Part shown: positions 1 to 10,449 of the stretch, piece by piece
How the letters are laid out: the number at the start of each line of letters is the position of its first letter
Numbering within the stretch: position 1 is the stretch's first letter
Source: an uncultured delta proteobacterium
GTDB lineage: Bacteria > Myxococcota_A > Polyangia > Polyangiales > Polyangiaceae
Assembly (NCBI GenBank): GCA_963806225.1
Contig: CAWDXG010000004.1
Span: 2,208,001 to 2,272,000 of the forward strand
Direction of reading: 5' to 3'
DNA length: 64,000 nucleotides
Program-made: the position numbers and the translations under genes
The notes under the pieces: model-generated
Told to the model about the DNA's origin: nothing
Databases searched by the model: none
What the model saw: only the letters and a program-made list of their open reading frames with translations

Positions 1-2
1 CA

Positions 3-155
3 CCGGTGCTGAGCCGCGAGATGGCGCTCCAGAGCACCTTCACCGCGCGCCTGTCGAGCGACAAGGCCGCCCGCGAGATCGGCTACGCCTCCCGCCCGCT
101 CGGCGAGTCCCTCCGCGACGCAGCCGCATGGTATCGCGCACGGGGCCTCATGTAG
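3..155 (+). CDS. 3' end of a probable NAD-dependent epimerase/dehydratase (extended SDR), truncated by the window edge
   Basis: Hand translation from base 3 gives ...LSSDKAAREIGYASRPLGESLRDAAAWYRARGLM*, resembling the typical SxKAxxxLGY.P.P..E.L...W C-terminus. Confidence 0.6.
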   Translation, partial: PVLSREMALQSTFTARLSSDKAAREIGYASRPLGESLRDAAAWYRARGLM

Positions 156-651
156 CGGCGGGTGACCGCTGCCAGGCATCCAGCACGACCTGGTAGATTT
201 CCGTGGAGGGGTCATGCGTGACGTCCTCGGTGGCCCATGCGGGCGGGGAGACCTGCTCGCCGGGCTGGGGCTCGATCAGGACGAAGGGGCCGTTCTCGAT
301 CGGATGGTCGAACTCCACCAGCTCCATGGGGCGCCCGCCCACGCGCAGCTTGCTCCGGGAGTAGCGCGCGCGGAAGGGCGCACCGCGGAGGAGCCCTTCC
401 GCTTCGTCCTTCGGGAGCGGTGTCACCTGACGCTTCGACGGATTCGCATGCCAGACCACGTGGTTCGCGCTGCCCACGCCCTCCCCGAGCCGGACGATTT
501 CAATGAGGGTCGCGTAGGCGCCCGCGTCCGCCACCACACCGATTTCCACTACGGTCGCGCCAAGCCGGGTGAACGGCACATCCAGCCCTGCGCGGACCCG
601 GAACCGGAGTGTCCTGCCGGAGCGGCTGGACGGGGGTTCGTTCAACGTCAC
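148..651 (-). CDS. Hypothetical protein, possibly a divergent CYTH-domain protein
   Basis: C-terminal ELVEF...NGPFVLIE...PPAWATEDVTHDP resembles CYTH tails (PPxWxGxEVTxDPRY). The N-terminal ExExK motif is not seen. Confidence 0.4.
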   Translation of the reverse strand: MTLNEPPSSRSGRTLRFRVRAGLDVPFTRLGATVVEIGVVADAGAYATLIEIVRLGEGVGSANHVVWHANPSKRQVTPLPKDEAEGLLRGAPFRARYSRSKLRVGGRPMELVEFDHPIENGPFVLIEPQPGEQVSPPAWATEDVTHDPSTEIYQVVLDAWQRSPAAT

Positions 652-763
652 GCTCCAGAGCCCATTCGATGCCTCGCAGCCATACCCTAGCGTACGACGT
701 TCCCGTCGCGGGATCGATGCCCGGCGTTCAGCTGCAAGTAGCCAGGGACGCCCGCGGGCACAC

Positions 764-1174
764 CTAGTCGAAGAACTCGAACTCCGCCCACCTTCGCTCC
801 CTGGCGTCGGTGAGCCGGGCTTCGAGATCCGAGCAGTGCACCTCGAGTTTGTGGCCGTCGGGGTCGAGGACGAAGATCGACCCGCCCTCGCTGGTGTTCG
901 ACTTCCACTCGGTCACGCCGGCCTGGCGGAGCCGCTCGCAGAAGTCGGGAAACAGCGCCGGCTCGATATCGAACGCGATGTGTGTGTACTCGGGGAGCGG
1001 CCCCGAACGGACTTCGCTGTCCTGGTGCAGGGCCAGCCAGAGCGATCCCGCGGAAAGGTAGGCGCCGCACGCCCACTTCAAGCGAGGCCGGAGACCCAGC
1101 ACGCGGGTGTAGAAGTCGAACGACGCGGATACGTCCCGAACCGATAGGGTAACGTGGTTGACGCCGGAAAGCAT
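764..1174 (-). CDS. fosA: FosA-family fosfomycin-resistance glutathione transferase homologue (VOC fold), 136 aa
   Basis: MLSGVNHVTLSV, W..GAYL..GSLWL, YTHIAF, WKSNTSEG, LDPDGHKLE. ATG at 1174 with an AGGA RBS upstream. Confidence 0.8.
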   Translation of the reverse strand: MLSGVNHVTLSVRDVSASFDFYTRVLGLRPRLKWACGAYLSAGSLWLALHQDSEVRSGPLPEYTHIAFDIEPALFPDFCERLRQAGVTEWKSNTSEGGSIFVLDPDGHKLEVHCSDLEARLTDARERRWAEFEFFD

Positions 1175-1236
1175 GGTGTGTTCCTGGAAGTCGAGCTCCG
1201 CTTGTCGACGACGGCCAGCGGGGCTATGCGCCTGAC

Positions 1237-2049
1237 ATGTCGAGAGCCGAAACGTACCTGCAGATGAAGCAACGGGGGGACAAAGTCGTCGTCGTGACCG
1301 GCTACGACGCGCCCACCGCACGCTTCGAAGCCGAAGCTGGCGTCGACATCATCCTGGTCGGCGACAGCGTGGGCACGAACGTGCTCGGCTATTCGCACGA
1401 GCGCGAGGTGAAGCTCTCCGACATCGAGCACCACACCGCCGCGGTGCGGCGGGGCGCGCCGGACGCCTACATCATGAGCGATCTACCCTACGCAACCTAC
1501 GACACCCCGGCGCAGGCGCTGGAGAGCTCGCGGCGGCTCGCGGAAGCCGGCGCCGACTGTGTGAAGCTCGAGGGAGCGCGGCCGGACATCGTCGCAGCGC
1601 TCGCCAACGCGGACTTCGACGTGTGCTGCCATCTCGGGCTCGAATCGCAGCACCAGGACAAGAAGCGCCGGCAGGGTCGCACGGCCGAGGCCGCCGCAAA
1701 GCTCTACGACGACTCGCTGGCGCTGGATGCTGCGGGGCAGAAGTTCCTCGTGCTGGAGCTGGTGCCCGAGGAGCTGGCGGCGCGCATCACGCGCGACGTG
1801 AAGGCTGTCACCATCGGCATCGGGGCGGGCTCCGGGACCGACGGCCAGGTGCTCGTCGTCAACGATCTGGCCGGTGTCACGGCGCGCGAGTTCAAGCACA
1901 ATCGCCGCTACGGGGCGGTTGGCGCAGCGCTCTGCAATGCCGTCGTCGCCTACACCAAGGACGTCCGCGCCGGCGCCTTTCCGGGCCCCGAGCACGCCTT
2001 CCAGATGGCGGAGGAAGAGCGCGCTGGATTCGAGGAGCTCAGGCCGTAG
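1237..2049 (+). CDS. panB: 3-methyl-2-oxobutanoate hydroxymethyltransferase
   Basis: TGYDAPTA, ILVGDSVG, DLPY, VKLEG, TIGIGAG..DGQVLV.D motifs. Confidence 0.93.
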   Translation: MSRAETYLQMKQRGDKVVVVTGYDAPTARFEAEAGVDIILVGDSVGTNVLGYSHEREVKLSDIEHHTAAVRRGAPDAYIMSDLPYATYDTPAQALESSRRLAEAGADCVKLEGARPDIVAALANADFDVCCHLGLESQHQDKKRRQGRTAEAAAKLYDDSLALDAAGQKFLVLELVPEELAARITRDVKAVTIGIGAGSGTDGQVLVVNDLAGVTAREFKHNRRYGAVGAALCNAVVAYTKDVRAGAFPGPEHAFQMAEEERAGFEELRP

Positions 2050-2092
2050 CCTGGCGCCATACCGCCGCGGTTCGCGGGCGCGCGCTGACGCC

Positions 2093-3151
2093 TCAACCTG
2101 CCGCGGCTCCCACGACGACAACGACCTTGCCCCGCGCGTGGCCGCGTTCGACGTAGTCCAGGGCGTCGGCCGTCTCGTCGAGAGGATACGTCCTGTCGAT
2201 AACGGGTGTGACACGACGGGCGTCGATGAGGTCCTTCAGGGCGAGCAGATCCCGCTTGTCCGGAGTCGAGACGAACGGCCGCAGCTTCTGACCGACGAGC
2301 GGCGAGAGGGCCAGCGACAGGAACACGCGCCGTAGCCCGCCCGCCGAGCTGTTGGGGATCAGCGTTCCCCTGCTGGTCAAGAGCCGCCTCAGCTCCCCGA
2401 GTGAACGGTCCGCGACATTATCGAGGATGAAGTCGTAGCACTGGCCGGTCCTGGTGTAGTCCTGGCGCGTGTAGTCGATGACGTAGTCCGCGCCGATCGA
2501 GCGCAGCATGTCGACATTTGCCGTGCCGCACACGCCGGTAACCTCGGCACCGACCGATTTGGCGATCTGCACGGCGAACGTTCCCACTCCTCCAGAAGCG
2601 CCGATGATCAGGACCTTCTGACCCGCCCGCACCTTGCCCACGTCGCGAAGCGCCTGCAGAGCCGTCAGCCCGGCGATCGGAACAGCCGCGGCCTGCTCGA
2701 ATGTGAGGTTCACCGGCTTCGGCGCGAGCCGGACTGCGGGGGCGCAGGCGTACTCGGCATAGGCCCCGCCCCTGATCTCGCCGAAGACCTCGTCTCCGGG
2801 CTCGAATTCCTTCACCTTGTCGCCGACCGCCTCCACCTCTCCGGCCACGTCCTGCCCCGGGATCCTGTACTTCGGTCCTGTCAGGCCGAAACCCAGAAGG
2901 CGCAGGACCCGTGGCTTGCCCCGCATGAGCAGGCAATCTCCCGGATTCACCCCGGCGGCGCGAACGCGCAGCAGTACGTCGTCCTCGCCGATTTCCGGCC
3001 GTTCGACATCCTGCAGTTCAAGGACGTCGCCGGCCGCGCCGTACGCGCGCTGGACGATGGCGTGCATCCTGGCCCCGGCGCGGCGCAGATTGTTCGCGGT
3101 GGCGCGCTCCGACGCACCAGCGCGCGCAATCCCCGGCTGTTGAGTGCTCAT
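2093..3151 (-). CDS. NAD(P)-dependent medium-chain dehydrogenase/reductase (quinone-reductase-like MDR); alternative start 3067
   Basis: AGVNPGD, PGQDVAG, GASGGVGTFAVQIAK, GHARGKVV. No Zn-binding Cys motif. Confidence 0.88.
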   Translation of the reverse strand: MSTQQPGIARAGASERATANNLRRAGARMHAIVQRAYGAAGDVLELQDVERPEIGEDDVLLRVRAAGVNPGDCLLMRGKPRVLRLLGFGLTGPKYRIPGQDVAGEVEAVGDKVKEFEPGDEVFGEIRGGAYAEYACAPAVRLAPKPVNLTFEQAAAVPIAGLTALQALRDVGKVRAGQKVLIIGASGGVGTFAVQIAKSVGAEVTGVCGTANVDMLRSIGADYVIDYTRQDYTRTGQCYDFILDNVADRSLGELRRLLTSRGTLIPNSSAGGLRRVFLSLALSPLVGQKLRPFVSTPDKRDLLALKDLIDARRVTPVIDRTYPLDETADALDYVERGHARGKVVVVVGAAAG

Positions 3152-3219
3152 TCAAGATGCACGTGCAAGCCGCAGGCCACCGCGCGGTCGCGCGACAGGC
3201 GTCGTCCCCGGCGCCTGGG

Positions 3220-3924
3220 CTAGCGCGCCGGTGCCGAGATGCCGACCTCGCGCCGCAAGCCTTCCACATCGAGCTTGCGGACGTAGTCGACAAGATCATG
3301 CCAGATAGGGTGGTAGCCGAAGCCGCCCTGGGTCATCTCCTGGATGGCGTCGTCCTTGCTCCAGCCCTGGACCACGATGCGATACACGGCCGTCATCATG
3401 CCGGTTCGATCGGCGCCGTGCTGGCAATGAACGAAGATGGGTTGCCTGGCCGGGTTCGTGACGATCTTCAGGAAGCGCACGACGTCCTCGTGCTCCGGGT
3501 GCCAGGCCTTGAAGCTGATGTGCTCGTACTGGAGCTGAACGTCCGAGAGCTTGTCCGCGTCCGAGTGCATCGTCCTCAGGTTCACGTCGGTGCGCACACC
3601 CAGCTTCGGCAGCTGGCGGAGCCCCTCGGCCGTGGGCTGGGCGCCGCGGTAGAAGCTCTTGCTCACGCGGAACAGGTTCGGCAGGCCGGGGCGGGAGAGC
3701 GGCTGTGCCCACTTCGCGGGACGGGCCCTGGGCGCCGCGCTCTTGCCGGGCGCAGCCGCGGCGTGAAGCGTCGACGCACCTGGGCTCTTCGAAGCCGTCC
3801 GGGGCGACGCAGTGTGCGCGCCCTCGGGCTGCGACGTCGAGCACGCGGCAAGCAGCGCGCCAACCAGGACATAGGAAACCCGGCGGGTCATGGCTGGTGA
3901 TCGTTCGCACCGACGGGCAGCCAA
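3220..3924 (-). CDS. Dual-specificity/tyrosine phosphatase family protein, probable lipoprotein
   Basis: [10 protein letters not shown] (CX5R), YRGAQP, LLAAC lipobox. Confidence 0.85.
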   Translation of the reverse strand: MAARRCERSPAMTRRVSYVLVGALLAACSTSQPEGAHTASPRTASKSPGASTLHAAAAPGKSAAPRARPAKWAQPLSRPGLPNLFRVSKSFYRGAQPTAEGLRQLPKLGVRTDVNLRTMHSDADKLSDVQLQYEHISFKAWHPEHEDVVRFLKIVTNPARQPIFVHCQHGADRTGMMTAVYRIVVQGWSKDDAIQEMTQGGFGYHPIWHDLVDYVRKLDVEGLRREVGISAPAR

Positions 3925-3947
3925 TGCAAGCGCTCGCGCTCTGGCCC

Positions 3948-5141
3948 TCAGCCGACGCGCAGCACAAGCGCCATGGCCGTGTCGCCAGCAGCGCAGCCGC
4001 TGAACAGGCCGATGCCGCCGCCGGCCTGGACCAGCTCTTCGATCAGCTCCATCACGACGCGCATGCCCGTCGGACCTTGCGGGTGCCCGTAGACGAGCGG
4101 CGAGCCAAACCGGTTGATCCGCTCCTGGGGCAATCCGAACTCGCGGCCGAGCAGCACATCGTTCACCGCGAACGGATTGTGCGTCTTGATGGCCTTCACG
4201 TCACCGAGCGCGACGCCGGTGCGCTCCAGCACGCGGCGCGCGGCTGGCACGACAGCCTTCGGCATCATTCCGCGCTCGACGCGCGCTTCGGCAAAGCCGA
4301 GCAGCTGGATGCGTACGGCCGGGTCGCGCGACATCTCGCGCGCGGCCGCCTCGGTGGTGATCACCATGCCCGCGTTGCCGTCGGCCGGGTGCGTCTGGCT
4401 GCCGAACGTGACGCTGCCGCCATCGACCATCGGCTTGAGCTTTACCAGACCCTCGGCCGTGGTCGGGAATACGCCCTCGTCGGCCTCGACGCGACCCGTC
4501 TCCTTCTTGCCGCGCATCAGCCGCACCGGGATCATGTAGCGCTTCTGGAAGGCGCGCTCGTCGGCCAGGGCTTCCGCGTACTGCGCGTAGCGCACCAGCG
4601 TGACCTCGTCCTGCTCTTCGCGCGTGATGCCCGCTTCTTTCGCCACGCGCTCGGCGGTCTCGATCATGGCGTTCTTCGCGAAAGGATCGCGGTTGAACGC
4701 GTCCCACACCCAGTCTTCCGCGTCGCCCTTGCCGCCGGGCCCCGCGGGGTTCGGATAGTAGATGTGCGGGCCATTGCTGGTTCGATCGCAGGTCACGCCG
4801 AGCACGCGCTCGCGCTGCCCGAGCTCCACCTCTGTCGCGGCGGATGCGATGACGCGCGCGCTGGTCGCGCACGCCTGCGAGAGCGTCGGTCCGGTGACGT
4901 CGGTGGCGCCGATCATGCCGGCGAGCCATGGCGCTCCGTAGAAGGTCGACTGCTGCGGCACCGTCATGCCGAGCATCACCCCGTCGAAGCGCCTCGGGTC
5001 GATCTTCTTCGCGGCCAGCGCGTCGCCCGCAACCTGCGCCGCGAGCTTCACCGAGTGGTACGGCGCGAGGCTCGCCTGCCAGCGGCAGAACGGAGTCGAC
5101 CAGTACGCACCGAGCGGGATAAACGTCTTCTCGAAGGCCAT
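3948..5141 (-). CDS. Thiolase family protein
   Basis: C-terminal part of the 905-aa track ORF from MAFEKT (ATG 5141). ACATSA, PADG, HNPFA (in place of NEAFA), GHPQG, CAAG. Confidence 0.9.
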   Translation of the reverse strand: MAFEKTFIPLGAYWSTPFCRWQASLAPYHSVKLAAQVAGDALAAKKIDPRRFDGVMLGMTVPQQSTFYGAPWLAGMIGATDVTGPTLSQACATSARVIASAATEVELGQRERVLGVTCDRTSNGPHIYYPNPAGPGGKGDAEDWVWDAFNRDPFAKNAMIETAERVAKEAGITREEQDEVTLVRYAQYAEALADERAFQKRYMIPVRLMRGKKETGRVEADEGVFPTTAEGLVKLKPMVDGGSVTFGSQTHPADGNAGMVITTEAAAREMSRDPAVRIQLLGFAEARVERGMMPKAVVPAARRVLERTGVALGDVKAIKTHNPFAVNDVLLGREFGLPQERINRFGSPLVYGHPQGPTGMRVVMELIEELVQAGGGIGLFSGCAAGDTAMALVLRVG

Positions 5142-5285
5142 GTATGGACGATAGGCCTGGCTCCTCGGCCCGGGCATGACGCCAATCAGGAGCGCGGCTC
5201 CCCTTCCGGGCGACCCGTGCGTGCGCGCTGGAGCGGGAAAAACCCGGGGAATCCCCGGCCGGTCTGGCCTCCGCCCCGGAACGAC

Positions 5286-6680
5286 ATGTACCGTCGGGAC
5301 GTGACCAGCAAACAAGCCCTTCCGTCCGACGCGCTCGTGTTCTTCGGAGCCACAGGCGACCTCGCATACAAAAAGATCTTTCCGGCGCTCCAGAACATGG
5401 TGCGCCACAACACGCTCGACGTTCCGGTCATCGGCGTCGCGAAATCGGGCTGGACGCTCGAGCAGCTCTGCGACCGGGCCCGGAAGAGCATCGAAGAGCA
5501 CGGCGGCGGCGTGGATCAGGCTGCGTTCAGCCGGCTGTGCGAGCTGATGCAGTACATCGACGGTGACTACGCCGACCCGAGTACGTTCGAGAATCTGCGC
5601 AAGGCGCTCGGCGACGCCAAGCACCCGACGCACTACCTGGCGATTCCGCCGAGCCTGTTCGGCACGGTCGTGCAGTCTCTCGGCGCGTCGAGGTGCGCGG
5701 AGGGCGCGCGCGTCGTGATCGAGAAACCCTTCGGCCACGACCTGGAGACGGCGCAGAAGCTGAACGAAACGCTCCACTCCGTGTTCCCGGAGTCGGCCGT
5801 CTACCGCATCGATCACTATCTCGGAAAGGAAGCGGTCGAGAACCTCCTGTTCTTCCGCTTCGCCAACACGTTCCTCGAGCCGATCTGGAACCGCCACTAC
5901 GTCGATTCCGTCCACATCACCATGGCGGAGGAGTTCGGCATCAAGGGCCGCGGCAAGTTCTACGATGCGACCGGCGCCATCCGCGACGTGGTGCAGAACC
6001 ATCTGCTCCAGGTCATCGGCTATCTCGCGATGGAACCGCCGACGTCGCTGTACTCCGATTCGATCCGCGACGAGCAAGTGAAGGTGTTCCGCGCCATCCC
6101 GCCGATCAAACCCGACCAGATCGTGCGTGGACAGTTCCGTGGCTATCGCGACGAGCCCGGGGTGGCGAAGGACTCCAACGTGGAGACGTTCGCGGCCGTG
6201 CGCCTCGAGGTCGAGTCCTGGCGCTGGGCCGGCGTGCCGTTCTTCATTCGCGCCGGCAAGAGCCTGCCGCTGACCGCGACGGAAGTGGTCGTCGATCTGA
6301 AGCCGCCGCCGCTGTCCGGTCTCTCGCCGGAGGAGAGCAACTTCTTCCGGCTGCGACTCGGCCCGGACATCGCCATCTCGCTGGCAGCTCGCGTCAAGCA
6401 GCCTGGTCCGGAACGCGTCAGCATGCCGACCGAGCTCCTCGCCGTGAAGAACGACAGCGGCGACGAGGTGGATGCCTACGAGCGTCTGCTCACCGACTCC
6501 ATGAAGGGCGACTCCATGCTGTTCGTGCGCGAGGACGCGGTCGAGGCGGCATGGGAGGTTGTCGCGAACGTCCTCGACGACGTGACGCCAGTCCACGAGT
6601 ACGAGCCTGGTACGTGGGGGCCAAAGGAGTGCGACCGGCTGGTGGCCGATCTGGAAGGCTGGCACAACCCGAAGAACTGA
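5286..6680 (+). CDS. zwf: Glucose-6-phosphate 1-dehydrogenase (start 5286 or GTG 5301)
   Basis: [43 protein letters not shown]. Confidence 0.96.
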   Translation: MYRRDVTSKQALPSDALVFFGATGDLAYKKIFPALQNMVRHNTLDVPVIGVAKSGWTLEQLCDRARKSIEEHGGGVDQAAFSRLCELMQYIDGDYADPSTFENLRKALGDAKHPTHYLAIPPSLFGTVVQSLGASRCAEGARVVIEKPFGHDLETAQKLNETLHSVFPESAVYRIDHYLGKEAVENLLFFRFANTFLEPIWNRHYVDSVHITMAEEFGIKGRGKFYDATGAIRDVVQNHLLQVIGYLAMEPPTSLYSDSIRDEQVKVFRAIPPIKPDQIVRGQFRGYRDEPGVAKDSNVETFAAVRLEVESWRWAGVPFFIRAGKSLPLTATEVVVDLKPPPLSGLSPEESNFFRLRLGPDIAISLAARVKQPGPERVSMPTELLAVKNDSGDEVDAYERLLTDSMKGDSMLFVREDAVEAAWEVVANVLDDVTPVHEYEPGTWGPKECDRLVADLEGWHNPKN

Positions 6681-6683
6681 CGC

Positions 6684-6698
6684 CGGGCTGAAAGCCCG
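6684..6698. terminator. Short hairpin between the convergent zwf and Mo-enzyme genes
   Basis: CGGGCT-GAA-AGCCCG in a 21-bp gap. No U-tract. Confidence 0.25.
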
Positions 6699-6701
6699 CG
6701 C

Positions 6702-9102
6702 TCAGTGCCCGGAGCGCTCCCTCTCGGCCAGCGCCGCCACGATCTTCTCCGGCGTGATGGGCAGATCGCGGATGCGCACGCCGATCGCGTCGTAGATGGC
6801 GTTGGCCAGCGCCGGCGCTGTCGGCACCATGCCCGGCTCGCCGACGCCCTTGGCGCCGAACGGCCCCTGGTCGTCTTCGGTCTCGACGAAGTGGACGTGG
6901 ATGGGGAAGTCGAGCTCGGCGATGGTCGGGATCTTGTAGTCGGTGAAGCTCGGATTGAGGATGCGCCCTTCGCGCGTCTGCACCTGCTCGTACAGCGCGT
7001 AGCCGATGCCCTGCGCGAGCCCGCCGTACACCTGCCCGAGCAGCGTCTGGCGGTTGAGGATCTGCCCCACGTCGTGGGCGCACACCATGTTCAGGATGTG
7101 CACCTCGCCGGTCTCTTCGTCGACCTCGACCTCGCAGCCCTGCACACCGAAGGCGTACGTGGCGCTCATGTTGCCAACGCCCTTCGCCCAGTCGGGCAGC
7201 TCGCTCTTCGGCTCGTAGAATGCCTCCTCGATGATCATCTGGCCCTGCTGGCCGCGGAAGTGCACCGCCCGCAGGAAGCGCGCGAGATCCACCTCCAGCC
7301 ACGGCTCGTCGGGCGCGTCCTTCAGCGTGAGCACGCTGTCGGCGAGCTCGAAGTTGTCCGCGCGGCAGTGCGCAGCCACATCGTAGTCGCGCGGCTGGTA
7401 GTCGGGATTCTTGCGCCGGAGCTTCTTCAGGTTCTGCTCGACCTCGGCCGGGAAGAGCTCCGCGGCGTAGGCGAAGATCCGCTTGCGTACCTTGTCGCAG
7501 GCGCGCGTGGCGGCGTTCAGCGCAATGAACGCGCCGCGGCTGGCGTGCGTGCCCACGTCCCAGGGACACGTCCCGGTGTCGGTCTGGTTGATGAACACCT
7601 TGTCCGGCCTCACGCCGAGCGCCTCGGCGACACCGAGGCACAGCGCCGAGTGCAGCCCCTGCCCCATCTCCACGCCGCCGTAGGACACGTTCACGTTGCC
7701 GAAGTCGTCGAGCTTGAGGATCACGCCGCCGCCGTCGGAGCGGTAGATGCGCCCCGAGCCCCCGACGTGGATCAGCGACGCCATGCCCACGCCGCGGCGC
7801 TTGCCTTTGCCGTGTTTGTTCTTCCAGTCGAGGTGTTTGGCGGTCTCTTCCAGACACTCGCGCAGCCCGCAGGTCGTGATCCTGCAGACCCATCGGGGTC
7901 GTCTCGCCGGGCTCGTTCCGGTTCCGCATGCGGATCTCGAACGGATCGATGCCGGCCTGCTCCGCCAGCTCGTCGAGCGTGCTCTCGATGCCGAACGCCA
8001 CCTCGGGGTTGCCGTAGCCGCGCATGGCCTGCGCGTAGGTGTTGTTCGTGTAGGCTAGATCCGCGTCGAACTGGATGTTCGACACCCTGTAGATGCTGGT
8101 GACCGGCAGCAGCATCACGGTGGGATACGTCGCGCCCCAGGAGGCGTAGGCGCCGTTGTCCTGCATGACGTACACGCGCCGGAACGTCAGCCGGCCTTCG
8201 GCATCGCAGCCCTGCACGATGCGCGAGCTCGCCGACTGGCGCGGCGACAGGCACGCGAACTCCTCTTCACGCGTGTACAGCATCTTCACGGGGCGGCCCG
8301 TGCGATGCGCGAGCAGGATCGCGATGTACTCGTAGGCATGGGTGTCGAGGCCCGTGCCGAAACCGCCGCCGAGGGTCGGTACGATCACCCGTGCGTTCCT
8401 GTCGCCAAGCCCCATCGCCTCCAGGGCGCGCACGAAATCCTTCTGCGCCAGAAATGGGATCTGTGTCTTGGCCCACATCGAGAGGTTGCCGGCGACGTCG
8501 AGCTCGGCAATGCAGCCGGCCGTGCCCATGCAGCTCTGCTGGATGAGCGGCGTCGAGAACTCGCCCTCGGCGACGTACTTCGCCGCGCGCTCACCGGCCG
8601 CCATATCACCCGACGTGTGGTGGTACTCGAGCGGCAGGCGATTGGTCGCCACGGGTTTGCCGCGCGCATCGACCTCGTGCACCAGCGGCGCGCCTTCTGC
8701 CAGCGCTTCTTCGGGGCTGAACACGGTCGGCAGCGGCTCGTACTCCACCGCGATAAGCTCGATCGCTTCGCGCGCGATATCCGGATCGATGGCGGCCACC
8801 GCCGCCACCTCGTCGCGCAGGCTCCGCACCTTGTCGCGCTTGAGCGCGAAGTTGTCGCGCAAAAAGCCGATGCGCACCTCGGGCGTATCGTAGGCCGTGA
8901 TCACGGCGCGCACGCCGGGCAGTCGCTCGGCTCGCGAGGTATCGATGTGCTTGATGCGCGCGTGCGCATGCCCGGAGAACTTGACCTTGCCGTACAGCAT
9001 CCCCGGCCGGACCAGGTCGTGGATGTAGGAAGCCCTGCCCGCGGCCTTGTCGGCAGCGTCGGGTCGGGGCACCTCGCGGCCGATGTGGCGACGCTCAACC
9101 AC
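6702..9102 (-). CDS. Xanthine dehydrogenase-family molybdopterin-binding subunit; one apparent frameshift near 7881
   Basis: LGGGFG and AMRGYGNPE in the first frame; EMGQG, HASR and GAKGVGEPG in the second. Removing one base gives a continuous PMGLQITTCGLRECLE. Confidence 0.9.
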
Positions 9103-9583
9103 GGCTGCCTCCTTCCTGGCGAAGCTTCGCGGCGAGCTGCACCGACTCGACGATCTGCACGTAGCCCGTGCAGCGGCACAGGTTGCCGACCAGCGCCGCC
9201 CGGATCTCGGCGTCCGTTGGCGTTGGCTTTTCCCTGAGCAATGCCTCGGTCGCCATCACCATTCCGGGGCTGCAGAAGCCGCACTGGATGCCGCCCTTTT
9301 CGACAAAGGCGCGCTGCACCGGGCCGAGCGCGCCACCGGGCCCGACGAGCCCCTCGACCGTTGTCACCTTCGCGCCTTCGGCTTCCATCGCCGGCACCAG
9401 GCAGGCGTTGACGGGGCGCCCGTCGAACAGCACCGTGCAGGCGCCGCACTCGCCGTTGCCGCAGCCCTCCTTCGTGCCACAGAGACCCAGCTCGCCCCTG
9501 AGCACGTCGATCAGCCGCGCTCCGGCCTTGACCTGGACCAGCGCGGGCTCGCCGTTCACCTCGAAGCGAAGCTCGCTCGTCAT
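9095..9583 (-). CDS. Xanthine dehydrogenase-family (2Fe-2S) subunit
   Basis: GTKEGCGNGECGAC, QCGFCSPG, GNLCRCTGY. ATG 9583. Confidence 0.95.
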   Translation of the reverse strand: MTSELRFEVNGEPALVQVKAGARLIDVLRGELGLCGTKEGCGNGECGACTVLFDGRPVNACLVPAMEAEGAKVTTVEGLVGPGGALGPVQRAFVEKGGIQCGFCSPGMVMATEALLREKPTPTDAEIRAALVGNLCRCTGYVQIVESVQLAAKLRQEGGSRG

Positions 9584-10437
9584 CGTGCTTCCTCCAATCC
9601 CGAGAGCCGGGCCAGCGCGCGGCGCGCGAACACTCCGATCACGTGGCGCCGATAGGCCTCGGTCGAGCGCACATCGGTCATCGGCTCCACTTCGGCGGCG
9701 GCTACCGTGCAGAGCTCGTCGAGCAGCTCGGCCGTGATGTCGTGGCCCTCGAGCAACGCCTCCGCGCGCGGCAGCCGCATCGGGCGCGGCGCCGCCGAGC
9801 CCGCAGCCAGCCGCGCGACAACGCAGCGCCTTCCGTCCATGTCGACACGCGCCGCCAGGCTCGCAATGGCGATGTCCATCCTGACGCGGCTCTTCTTGAA
9901 GAAGGTCGCGCGCGTCCGCGCGTCGGGCCGGCGGAAGCGGATCTCCGACACAATCTCGCCCTCGCCGATGCGGGTCTCGCCGGGCGCGACGAAGAAATCC
10001 GCCAGCGGCAGCTCGCGCTCGGAGCCGGGCGACCGCACGACAACCCGCGCGTCCAGCACCAGGAGCGGCGGCGCGGTATCCGCGCACGGCGAGGCGTTGC
10101 ACAGGTTCCCGCCCACGGTGGCGAGGTTCCTGACCTGCATGCCGCCCAGGGTGCGCGCGGCCAGCGCCAGCACAGGGGCGCTCCGGCCGAGCTCCTCGTC
10201 GCGCAGGAGCTCGGCGACGCGCGTCATCGCGCCGATCCGGATCTCGTCGCCGTGACGGATACCGGCGAGCTCGCGCACGCGCGAGAGCGAGATCAGCGCG
10301 GGCGGCCGAAGCCGGCCCTCGCGGATGCGCACCATCACGTCGGTCCCGCCGGCGATGAAGCGCGCGCCGGGCAGCTCGCTCTTCAGCCGGAAGGCGTCTT
10401 CCAGGCTCTCGGGTCGGTGGTAGTCGAATCCAGGCAT
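9580..10437 (-). CDS. Xanthine dehydrogenase-family FAD-binding subunit
   Basis: IAGGTD, RNLATVGGNLCNASP, DVRSTEAYR. Confidence 0.95.
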   Translation of the reverse strand: MPGFDYHRPESLEDAFRLKSELPGARFIAGGTDVMVRIREGRLRPPALISLSRVRELAGIRHGDEIRIGAMTRVAELLRDEELGRSAPVLALAARTLGGMQVRNLATVGGNLCNASPCADTAPPLLVLDARVVVRSPGSERELPLADFFVAPGETRIGEGEIVSEIRFRRPDARTRATFFKKSRVRMDIAIASLAARVDMDGRRCVVARLAAGSAAPRPMRLPRAEALLEGHDITAELLDELCTVAAAEVEPMTDVRSTEAYRRHVIGVFARRALARLSGLEEAR

Positions 10438-10449
10438 GTCGGGGTCCTG

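Noticed and set aside
3705..6665. 991-aa (+) and 905-aa (-) giant ORFs
   Set aside because: Each is a real gene (zwf or thiolase) extended by stop-free antisense reading of the divergent neighbour, typical of high-GC DNA.
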